Positions 51,439-61,500 of a stretch of DNA of 64,000 nt are shown here, piece after piece. The DNA lies in contig CM000432.1 in the NCBI GenBank assembly GCA_000165345.1, forward strand, positions 128,001-192,000. Direction: 5' to 3'. The notes beneath the pieces were generated by a model, which was given only the letters and a program-made list of their open reading frames with translations, ran no database searches and was not told where the DNA came from. The translations under genes were made by a program, and so were the position numbers. How positions within the stretch are numbered: the first letter of the stretch is position 1; each line of letters starts with the position of its first letter.

Positions 51439-54255
51439 TTAGAACTTATTTTTTCTTGTATATTGCATTTGATTTTGGTATTGGAAATTAGTATTATCTC
51501 CTATATTATTATTAATATAATTCCCTTGAACAGACTTACCACATAAACCATCTTGTCTCATGTATGTGCCATTGGGACATTGATATGTTGGATCCATTAC
51601 TCCAACACATTTACCTTCAGATTGGGTATATCCTGATGGACAACTAAGTATGAATGGAGCAAATTCAAGAGCAGCACATTGACCAATATTTGATAAAGGC
51701 CTTACAGAGCCAAATAATCTTCTTCTTTGTCCAAAACCGCTAATACTTGCTAATTTTGCCATTTGCAAAGAATTGTTTTCATTGTAATAATTATTTGATG
51801 ATAGAATTCCTTCTTGAGACATATTTGAGAAAGAATTGTTCATGTTGGAGTAATTGACCACATTTCTAACTTCAGAGTATCCAGGTGGACATTGCATTTT
51901 TCCCTCAGTTGGAACAAGCTCTATACAATTTTTATGCTTACAGCTCTTCTTGTGAATATACCTACATTTATTATGTTGTGTTATTTTTCCTCCCGATAAA
52001 CAATGATATTTAAAAGGTTTCTTGATAGTTTCCATACACATATCTGCTTTATGAAGCCCAAGTGGCTCGGTTTTTTCTGGACATTCCACATTAGGCTTAA
52101 ATTCTAAATAACTTTCACAGCCTTCAATTGGACAGGTTTTTTCTATTGTTTCTAGGCAAAAGTCTCCCATTAAAGTCGAACTATCATCCAAACATCTTTT
52201 TTCTATAGGTTGAGTCACTTTAGAGACACATTTTGGCTTTTCTTTAATGTTTGAGATCACTTTAATACTATGATGAGTGCCATGATGATGATTTGAAATC
52301 AACATTCTTTTATTATAACTGGCTGTTTCAAGAATATCATCTCCTGTAAAAATTTCACTTCCGAAAGGGCATTTCCATTCAGGGCCAGACATTTTTGCTA
52401 TATTTCTACAGTTTTCACTTCTACACACTGGATTTTTAGTTTCAATGCATTCATATTGGCCAAATTCATTAGTTCTTAGCTCAAAGTTATCTGAACATTG
52501 ATAGAGAGGATTCATTTTCTTTTCTCTGGGATTTTCTTCTCCTTTTGGGATACATTTTGGAAGTCTGGTTGTTGAGCTCTCGGATAATAAGTAGCCTTCT
52601 GAGCATTTGTACAAGATAGAATCAATGTTTTGCTGCTCACATCTACCACTTCTCAATTTGTAATCAGTTGGACAACTAAAGTTTGGCATAACTGAACTAA
52701 TTTTAATGCATTTCCTCTTATCAGTAGACTGTGAACCATTATGGCAGACATACGTAGCTGGAGCTGTTTCTACGTTAACACACATTTTGGGTATGTATTC
52801 TGGTATCTCAACACATTGATGTACTATTTTAGTACTTTCTCTGGGAACAATATAATCACGATGATGTCCATGGTGATGATTTCCATGATTAAGCATCATA
52901 TTCAAATTTCTAGTCTCTAAAACGACTTCTTCTCTATTAATATCTATTCCAGTTTCAGTATCATAGCTAGTACACTTTTTCTTGTATTGAGTAATTGAAC
53001 AATCCTTTTCTATCTTTCTCTCACATACTTGAGTTTGTAAATTCAATACAAATCTTGGAGGACAAGTAACAATTGGATCAATTTCAATCTCTCTCTTGCA
53101 TTGATTATCAACTTGATCAAAGATATATCCCTCTGGACAATCAACATTCGGGCTCATGCTTTGATTCTTTACACAATATTGGCCAACAATAACTGCATCT
53201 GGATCCATACAATATGAAAGTGGGTTAATTTCAATAATTTGTCTCTCCTGAAGATAACATAAACCATTTCTATGTATATATCCGTCATTACAACGAGGAA
53301 TTGCTGATTCCTTTTTTATACACTTTCTAACACTTTCAACAAATACAAAACCGATTGGACATTGTTGTGGAATTTCTTCTTTTATTAAATAGCAAATATC
53401 TTCTCCTGAATGATCTTTTTCCATAATCATTCCAGCAGGACATTCGGAAATAGGCTGCATAAATTCTTCTTTCTGACAATAATGTCGTGATTCTAAAGTT
53501 GGATATGCACCTTGAATTGATGAATCTCGTTTAACATCTTTCAATAAATAACCTTCTGGACAGAATATTTCTGGTCTTGACTTTTGATTACATGATCCTT
53601 TACCATTATCTGATGATCCCTCTGGACATATTGGCTTATGAAATACCTTAACCCTACAAACTGGAGACTTTGAACCATCGTCATTGTACTCTTTTTCACC
53701 ATCCAAAAATGCTACATTTGATGTATAGCTAGACTCATCCTGTTCATGAATTGCTCGAATAGATAAAGGTATCTCACGGCAACTATATTCTTTCTTAACC
53801 AATTTTTTAATATAGCATCCATCATCTCTTTCTTCCTCATTTACCCCACAATTCATTTCTGCTTCCTTTAATTTATAACAATCACCATTTCCATCTTCAA
53901 TATATCCTGCTTCGCACTTTGGAGTTTCTCTATTTTCTATATAACATGCCTGAGTGCGCTTGTCATATCTAGTGTTTTCTGGGCACGTCAAAACCTTATC
54001 TGTATGTACATTTTTACTACATTGAGTTGCTCCTGGTGAAGATTTAAATCCCTCAGGACAAGATTTCAACAATTGCTCAGTTACAATACAACCGTTTTCT
54101 TGCTCTGAAAATATTCCGTTATGTGGACAGTTTGGAATAGGGCTAACTAAACAATCAATTCCATTACATATCGCACCATTTGCACTGACAAGGGTATTTG
54201 TTTTGATCCAAATCCCTAATAGCAATATATATAAAATCAAATTAAAAGGAAGCAT
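51439..54255 (-). CDS. Oocyst-wall-protein (COWP)-family cysteine-repeat secreted protein, intronless, 938 aa
   Basis: A signal peptide MLPFNLILYILLLGIWIKTNTLVSANG is followed by tandem C-P-x-G-[FY]-x-[LF]...C units (CPEGFKS, CEAGYIED, CPEGYLLKD, CPAGMIM, CPIGFVFV, CNDGYIH, CPEGYIFD, CPPRFVLN, CSEGYLL, CPFGSEIF, CPPGYSEV, CPSGYTQ, CPNGTYM) and His-rich tracts (HGNHHHGHH, NHHHGTHH). It is a paralogue of the gene at 1551..4704. Confidence 0.7.
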   Translation of the reverse strand: MLPFNLILYILLLGIWIKTNTLVSANGAICNGIDCLVSPIPNCPHNGIFSEQENGCIVTEQLLKSCPEGFKSSPGATQCSKNVHTDKVLTCPENTRYDKRTQACYIENRETPKCEAGYIEDGNGDCYKLKEAEMNCGVNEEERDDGCYIKKLVKKEYSCREIPLSIRAIHEQDESSYTSNVAFLDGEKEYNDDGSKSPVCRVKVFHKPICPEGSSDNGKGSCNQKSRPEIFCPEGYLLKDVKRDSSIQGAYPTLESRHYCQKEEFMQPISECPAGMIMEKDHSGEDICYLIKEEIPQQCPIGFVFVESVRKCIKKESAIPRCNDGYIHRNGLCYLQERQIIEINPLSYCMDPDAVIVGQYCVKNQSMSPNVDCPEGYIFDQVDNQCKREIEIDPIVTCPPRFVLNLQTQVCERKIEKDCSITQYKKKCTSYDTETGIDINREEVVLETRNLNMMLNHGNHHHGHHRDYIVPRESTKIVHQCVEIPEYIPKMCVNVETAPATYVCHNGSQSTDKRKCIKISSVMPNFSCPTDYKLRSGRCEQQNIDSILYKCSEGYLLSESSTTRLPKCIPKGEENPREKKMNPLYQCSDNFELRTNEFGQYECIETKNPVCRSENCRNIAKMSGPEWKCPFGSEIFTGDDILETASYNKRMLISNHHHGTHHSIKVISNIKEKPKCVSKVTQPIEKRCLDDSSTLMGDFCLETIEKTCPIEGCESYLEFKPNVECPEKTEPLGLHKADMCMETIKKPFKYHCLSGGKITQHNKCRYIHKKSCKHKNCIELVPTEGKMQCPPGYSEVRNVVNYSNMNNSFSNMSQEGILSSNNYYNENNSLQMAKLASISGFGQRRRLFGSVRPLSNIGQCAALEFAPFILSCPSGYTQSEGKCVGVMDPTYQCPNGTYMRQDGLCGKSVQGNYINNNIGDNTNFQYQNQMQYTRKNKF

Positions 54256-54330
54256 AGAAAATAGAAATTTTACACCATTTATTATTATTCTACATTACGA
54301 ATTTTATTTGTTCTATTAATATTCTCTATT

Positions 54331-54390
54331 ACGTGGCAGGCCATACATGCAAAATGTCATGCATGTATTTAGCGCGGATTCGAGCCTATA
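54331..54390. promoter_or_regulatory. CATGCA half-site pair plus a GC-rich element, 80-130 bp upstream of the intronless COWP-like gene ATG (minus strand)
   Basis: acgtggcaggccatacatgcaaaatgtcatgcatgtatttagcgcggattcgagcc. Confidence 0.4.
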
Positions 54391-54781
54391 TGTGTACTTA
54401 AATTTTCAATAGTAAGAATGGTGTATATTATTTAAAAAAAAAAAAAGGGAGAATAGATTTACAAACAAAACAATAAAAGTATTAGACAATTATTTATGCC
54501 AAATCAGAAATCCGGGTTTTAGCCACTTTTGTTCTAGGGTTAAATAATTTTTAGCAACAATATAATAATCCATAGTATGATTATTGTGAGTATTCATATT
54601 TGCATGTTCCTTTAAATATTTATTACATTTTCCTTTATCAACATAGAATTTATATTTCGAAAAGTATTGCATTCTACAACCCTTTAAAAGCGAGTATCCT
54701 AATATCCAATTTTTCCTTCCACCTTTCTTTCTTACCTTTCTTTCCCTATTAGATTGGAATGCACAATGCAATTCCAAATGC

Positions 54782-56824
54782 TTAAGTTACTTGTTTATTT
54801 TCCTGTTCTGAAGTACCTTGTAGTTGTAATTCCTTTTCTGCCCGAGTGTTCACCAGAGATTCATTGGAATTAACATGATTTACCTGCTTTTGCAATCTAA
54901 CATTTGTATTATTAATGCTGTTGGACTGCATTTGACCTGTATTAGTTGTAGTGGTAGACAGACTTATATTATTTTGAAATTGATTTCCCAATACATTAGG
55001 ATTCGGAATAATTGAAGGCATAATTGGGGTATACGAACCCATAAAAGGCATAGTGTATCCATAAGGTGAGTACCAACCTGAATAAGCAGCAGCCATGGCA
55101 GCCATATAGTCTGCATGGTAATTACTTGGGATATTTGTACCACAAATAGTAATGCTAGAAGAAGGCATTGCTTTAGTTTCTTGTCCTGGCATAATTGCAC
55201 CATATTGATCTAATGTAGATTCAGCAATATTCTTTACAGTGTTGGAAGGAACAGTTTGAACAGAACCTTTAAAACTTCCAACATTCAAAGCAGCACATTG
55301 CAATTTTTCAGCATCCGATTCTTCTGATTTATTTGACTCTAATCCAGTAAAAGGGGCTAATCCATATTGTGAAAACAAAAATGGGTTTGCACGGATTGCA
55401 GCATTAGCATAATTACCACCTGAATTTGACGATATTGCAAGATTGGCAGCAGTTGCATACGCAACCTGTTGTTGCAAATAGTAATTTGCCATTTGAGCAT
55501 GCTGTAAAGCAACCAGAGTATTATAATCCATACCAACAAAAGGATTTGTGGAGGCAGCAGAAGAGCTTTGATCCATAAAAGTCGAGCTAAGCTGACTTTG
55601 ATTTGTAGGAAAGAAACTCAAGTCAGAAGAATCAAGAGTTTCTGTCTTAGAGTTAGGTTTAAATCTTTTAGATGATACTGTGGTTGTGCTGGTTGATGGG
55701 TTCATATATGCTCCTGTAGTCTGTCTCTCTACAAGACGATCGGAATCAATTTGGTTTGCCATAAGTGCCAAAAATAAATCATCAGAAGAAACATTTTCTC
55801 CAATTGTAGAAGCTACGGGAATTGTGGCGGAAAATTTAGATTCATTTTGGTTTGCATTAGAGCTCTGCTTATGCTTGGCTGTCACATATTCTCTGGCAGA
55901 TGTGATAGGGCTAGTAATCCCAGCAGCATTCCCTTCACTGCTATCCATTTTCTTAATAATCTCGCCATATAATGTCGCAGGATTAATATTAGAAGTATTA
56001 TAATGAGACCAAACCTCATCATCACTTTCAGGAGCAGGAAAATGAAGCATAATTCCTTTAGTTCTTCTTGCTTCCTTGAGCGCTTGAGACCCAACATAAG
56101 GTTCCTCCCCCTCTTCATCACTCTCAGAAAATCTAAAATGTTTTAGATGGCTTCTTCTATGCAATGGACTGTTAATCAACAAAAATCGAATGGCAGCCTT
56201 TTCTGCATCCCTAACAGTGGCGTATGGCTTGTTCGGCCCTACATAAAAACTCTTGGAATACTTTCTGGTAGCCCATGTAAACCTAGCATAAACCCTGCTT
56301 TCTTTATCTTTCCAATATACTCCAATTTGATTATATTTTAGCTGTCTTGAACCAGCCTCGTGATTTGCTGCCGAACGACGACCTGATTTAGAAGTGCTTT
56401 GTGTTGAATGCACTAACTCTTCAGCTCCTGTATCAATACTAATAGGATGAATATCAAAAGCAGATTGCTCTTCTGGCTTTTCTTTAGAATCTTTATTTGG
56501 AAGAACATCCTCCGTTTTTGAATCTTCAGTTTGTATATCTTCTGAGTTATTTACCCCAGCAACAGAAAGAACACTATTTGAATCACAAAGTTCATTAGTA
56601 GTTATAGTAGTTGTCAGACATGAATCGTCATCTTCAACGTAAGAACCACTTTTGCTAATTGTAATTGGCTTTGTAATATTATACTCATATATACCTGCAT
56701 TTGTAGCATCAATTGGAATGGTATTACCTTCTTGCCCCAAGTCCAAAAATACCTTTTGATCACTAGAAAGTGGATTCACAGCCTTAATCATTTTTGAGAA
56801 GTTTTCTTCTGCTTCGTTTTCCAT
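54782..56824 (-). CDS. ApiAP2 transcription factor (single central AP2 domain), otherwise Ser/Thr/Asn-rich
   Basis: QIGVYWKDKESRVYARFTWATRKYSKSFYVGPNKPYATVRDAEKAAIRFL fits the ApiAP2 pattern (GV.W......W.A.......KSF.V...G...A...A..A...). The ORF track opens at a TTG at 56863; the first ATG is 56824. Confidence 0.6.
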   Translation of the reverse strand: MENEAEENFSKMIKAVNPLSSDQKVFLDLGQEGNTIPIDATNAGIYEYNITKPITISKSGSYVEDDDSCLTTTITTNELCDSNSVLSVAGVNNSEDIQTEDSKTEDVLPNKDSKEKPEEQSAFDIHPISIDTGAEELVHSTQSTSKSGRRSAANHEAGSRQLKYNQIGVYWKDKESRVYARFTWATRKYSKSFYVGPNKPYATVRDAEKAAIRFLLINSPLHRRSHLKHFRFSESDEEGEEPYVGSQALKEARRTKGIMLHFPAPESDDEVWSHYNTSNINPATLYGEIIKKMDSSEGNAAGITSPITSAREYVTAKHKQSSNANQNESKFSATIPVASTIGENVSSDDLFLALMANQIDSDRLVERQTTGAYMNPSTSTTTVSSKRFKPNSKTETLDSSDLSFFPTNQSQLSSTFMDQSSSAASTNPFVGMDYNTLVALQHAQMANYYLQQQVAYATAANLAISSNSGGNYANAAIRANPFLFSQYGLAPFTGLESNKSEESDAEKLQCAALNVGSFKGSVQTVPSNTVKNIAESTLDQYGAIMPGQETKAMPSSSITICGTNIPSNYHADYMAAMAAAYSGWYSPYGYTMPFMGSYTPIMPSIIPNPNVLGNQFQNNISLSTTTTNTGQMQSNSINNTNVRLQKQVNHVNSNESLVNTRAEKELQLQGTSEQENKQVT

Positions 56825-57355
56825 CTTTTCTTGACTTACTCCTATTTCTAGTTGCCTTTCCAATTCGCTGATAAAGTTACTAACTAGAATGGCTAGTAAT
56901 ACCTTCTTTTTATCAAATAAATTGACTCAGAAATTAATAAATATTACACAGATCTCTGTTTATGATGTTTTCCTTAGTTTAACCAACACATAAAGAAACA
57001 CACACATTCACACTCCTGTGGGGTAGAAAATCTGGTTTTTCTTCGTGATTGAGCCACTTTTACTCACTTGACTAATCTTCACAGAAAGAGTAATGAACAC
57101 AAGTGCTATTACTTGATTAATAAAGTAAAAAAGCCAATCTATTGAATATTTTCTTCTTTTTTATTTTCTTGAATCTCCAAAATCTATTTATGAATTCTCA
57201 GTTCTAACCTGCTTTTCCTGCGAAAAAATGCTTATCACCTTACTCTCACTTCAAATTCCGCTCCTCCTACCCTGGTATCTTCACCAATATCTTCCTTTCT
57301 TGATCTTTTGGTTCAGAACCTATGGATTTTTATGAAATGAATGGTACCGATACCA

Positions 57356-57410
57356 CACGTGAGCAGATTTAGCATGCTATTAATGTGGGCAACACGTGGA
57401 TAGGGCGGTA
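57356..57410. promoter_or_regulatory. Two CACGTG palindromes 37 bp apart plus GGGCGG, in the divergent ApiAP2 (54782..56824, -) / PNO promoter
   Basis: ccacacgtgagcagatttagcatgctattaatgtgggcaacacgtggatagggcgg. Confidence 0.4.
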
Positions 57411-57747
57411 AAAATTGAATCCAATAATTTTATTTTATCTAACGTATAGTAATCTTCTTACTAATTATAATAAATTATTAATTTCAAATATATATATTTA
57501 TAATATACTTTTTCACAGATTTCACTGGCCAGACTTTTATTTATTTTTTCCCCCCAAAAAATTATAATTGCATTTTTTGTTCCGATTTTTTTTTTTGAAA
57601 AAATATTTTAAAATTGAAAAAGTAATAAAAAAAAATTTCACACGTCATTCATTTCTGATTTATCCTAAAAAATATTTTCGTATCATTTTTGCTTATGTGT
57701 CGGTATATTTACCGGACTGTCCACATAACACATACGTGTTTTTTTCC

Positions 57748-57785
57748 CCATGCATACATGCATGCGAAACATTACATGCAATATA
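57748..57785. promoter_or_regulatory. TGCATGC/CATGCA cluster ~720 bp upstream of the PNO ATG
   Basis: ccatgcatacatgcatgcgaaacattacatgcaatat. Confidence 0.4.
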
Positions 57786-58504
57786 TTTGTTTAGAGTTTA
57801 GTATAAAGCACAATAATTTTTTTTAAAATATTCGCAAGTCCTACGTAATCTGTAAGTGAAACAAATTTCTTTTAGCTATTAAATTTAGAAGATATTTTAC
57901 TTATGTTTAGTACAAAATCTATTTTTATAGGATAATAAAAATAAATTCTTTACACTTGAATTTCTATAATTTTTTGTTTTAACTAATTTGATAGTTTATG
58001 AAAAAATGGTAGCTATTATATTTCCACCAAAATTTGAATTCAAATTTCAATTAGAAAAAAAAACTATTTACTTATCCAGATCTGTTCACAAGTATAACTT
58101 AAACCAAATAAAGGTATTTAGATGAGCTCTTTTCTACTGTTCTATTATATTTTAAAGAAAAACAAATAATTAGCTTAATCATTTTACTTCACAAATAATC
58201 TAATAATTTAATCGTAAAATTTAAAAAATAACTTTTAGCGGCAAAAATAGTCAAACATGTCGAGGGAGGGGACACATTGAGATTTTTGACTTCTCGTAAA
58301 AAAGTAAAGAATCGAGAATGAGGGAAAGGAATTAAATAAAAGAAAATCATTATTAAGAATTATTAAAACATTGAACAAAATTTGAGAAGTATCCCTATTT
58401 AAATAGAATAAAGACCGACACGTTTTATAATACTATGAATAAGGCCCGAAAGTAAGAAAAGAAAGAATTGTAAAGTATATTAGGATTGATAAATAACATT
58501 TACT

Positions 58505-61500
58505 ATGGGTGAAAAAGAAATAGTAGATGGGTGTGTAGCTGCTTGCCACATTGCATATGCTTGCTCTGAGGTGGCATTTACATATCCAATCACTCCCTCT
58601 AGTACAATTTCTGAGGTCGCAGACTCATGGATGTCTCGTGGACGACGAAATATTTTTGATCAAGTTGTATCAGTTGTTGAAATGCAGAGCGAAATGGGTT
58701 CTGCAGGCGCATTACATGGATCTTTGTCTGTTGGTTGCTCCACAACAACTTTTACTGCTTCACAAGGGTTATTGTTAATGATTCCAAATATGTACAAAAT
58801 TGCTGGTGAGCTTTGGCCATGCGTATTTCATGTTACAGCCAGAGCTATCGCTACATCTTCACTCTCTATTTTCGGAGACCACAATGATATTATGGCTGCC
58901 AGACAAACTGGCTGGGCTTTTTTGGGAGCTATGACAGTACAGGAAGTTATGGATTTGGCATTGGTCTCACATGTGAGTACATTTGAGTGTAGCGTTCCCT
59001 TTGTTAACTTCTTTGATGGATTCAGAACATCTCACGAATTACAGAAAATTGATATGATTAGTTATGAAACTATTAAGAAGATTTTTCCATATGAAAAACT
59101 TAAAGAGTTCAGAGAAAGAGCATTAAATCCAACACACCCAACTCTAAGAGGTACCGCTACAAGCTCGGATGTCTATTTTCAACTTGCTGAGGCAAGAAAT
59201 AAATATTACGAATCTACTCCAGATATTGTTCAGAGTGTTATGGACCGTTTGGCTAAATTGATTGGTAGAAGCTATCACCTTTTTGACTACTATGGCCACC
59301 CTGATGCTGAGTTTTTAATCGTTGTAATGGGTTCAGGCGGTCTCACAATTGAGGAGATGATTGATTATCTAATGGAGAAGAGTAATGAAAAGGTTGGCAT
59401 GATCAAGGTTAGGCTTTTTAGACCTTGGTCTATTGATGCTTTTGTTAAAAAGATTCCAAAGACTACGAAAAGAATTACTGTTTTGGAAAGGTGCAAAGAA
59501 AGTGGCTCTCTTGGTGAACCACTTTGTCTGGATGTATCTACCAGCATTATGAGATCCGAACTTTCTAGTAATAATATTTTGGTATTAGGTGGAAGATATG
59601 GTCTAGCAAGCAAAGAGTTTACTCCAGGAATGGCTTTAGCAGTCTGGGAAAACATGATAAGTGAAAAACCAATCAATAATTTCTCTGTTGGAATTGATGA
59701 CGATGTCACATTTAAATCTCTCTTTGTTAGGCAACCAAGGTTGGATTTACTTACTAGCGAAACTAAGCAATGCCTCTTTTGGGGTCTCGGCTCTGATGGT
59801 ACCGTTTCTGCTAATAAAAATGCTATCAAGATCATTGGAGAGTCTACAGATCTTCAGGTTCAGGGTTACTTTGCATATGATGCAAAGAAAGCTGGCGGAG
59901 CTACCATGAGCCATCTTAGGTTTGGCCCAAAACCCATTAAATCTGCCTATTTACTTCAAAGATGTGATTATGTTGCAGTACACCACCCATCATATGTTCA
60001 CAAGTTTGATGTATTAGAGAATATTAAGCAAGGTGGTTGCTTCGTACTTAATTGCCCTTGGAGTACATTGGAGGAGCTTAATCATGAGCTTCCTTCGAAG
60101 ATCAAACATCAAATTGCATCTAGAGATGTTAAATTCTACGTTATTGACGCTCAAAGGATTGCTCAGGAGTCTAATCTTGGAAGAAGAATTAATAATATAC
60201 TTATGGTTGTCTTTTTCAGTTTGACAAATATCATTCCCTTAGACCTCGCAATTAAGCTTGTAAAGGAAGCAATTAAAAAAACATACGGAAAAAAGGGAGA
60301 TGCTGTTGTTAATTCCAACTGGAAGGCTGTTGACCTTACCTTAGAGTCTTTGATTCAGATATCGTATGACAAGTCTCAGTGGATAAGCAAAGACAAATGC
60401 GGAGAAAAATCACTTCCAGCTACAGCTGTTGAAACGGGGAATAAAGACCAAGAAATAACTAAATCCACAGTTCTAAAGCAAAAACCGGAACATGACGTAA
60501 ATCAATTCGTAAAAGATATATTAGGACCAGTTAATGCCTTAAAAGGAGACGAACTTCCGGTTTCTATGTTTGATCCTACCGGCACTGTTCCTCTTGGTAC
60601 TACTGCATATGAAAAAAGAGGCATTGCCATGTCCATTCCTATTGTTGATATGAATAAATGCACTCAGTGCAATTATTGTTCAATAGTCTGTCCACATGCA
60701 GCCATTCGTCCATTCTTATTAGATGAGGCAGAATTTAAGAATGCACCCGAAACAATGCATATACCAAAAGCCAAGGGCGGTCAGGAATTCTCATCATATT
60801 ACTATCGAATTCAGGTAACTCCACTTGATTGTACTGGTTGTGAGTTATGCGTACATGCATGCCCGGATGATGCACTTCATATGGAAGGCCTGCAAAAGAT
60901 GGAAGCAGTGGAGAAAACTCACTGGGATTATTTAATTGGTCTTCCAAATAAGGCTGAAAAGTTTGATAGAACAACAGTAAAGGGTTCACAGTTCCAGCAA
61001 CCTCTTCTTGAGTTTTCTGCAGCATGCGAAGGATGCGGAGAAACACCTTATGTAAAGTTATTGACACAACTTTTTGGCGAAAGAATGGTTATAGCAAATG
61101 CAACAGGTTGCTCTTCAATTTGGGGAGCATCTTATCCTTCAGTACCATATACAAAGAACCAGAAAGGATATGGACCAGCTTGGGGTAATTCTCTTTTTGA
61201 AGATAATGCGGAATACGGATTAGGAATGGTTGTAGGATATAGACAAAGAAGGGATAGATTTAGAGAGTTAGTTTCCAATGAGATTTTGAAGGATATTACT
61301 GAAGAGGAAGAGTTTTTAAAAGATGACAACGCCTCAGTTCAAGGTAGGAACGAGATTATTACTAAATATGATCATTTGAAGGATTATTTAAGGTCTTGGC
61401 TTAAGAACATTAGGAATGGTGAAGCATGCCAGAGCTTATTTGAAGAAATATCAAAGTTGCTTGAGGATAATTTGATTAATAGTAATAATTTTGCTCAGGT

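Noticed and set aside
54490-54777. 95-aa basic ORF between the COWP-like gene and the ApiAP2 gene
   Set aside because: It lies wholly in the 3' flank of the AP2 gene and the promoter of the COWP gene. Its Lys/Tyr/Asn-rich composition is typical of random AT-rich ORFs. No start context and no motif support it.
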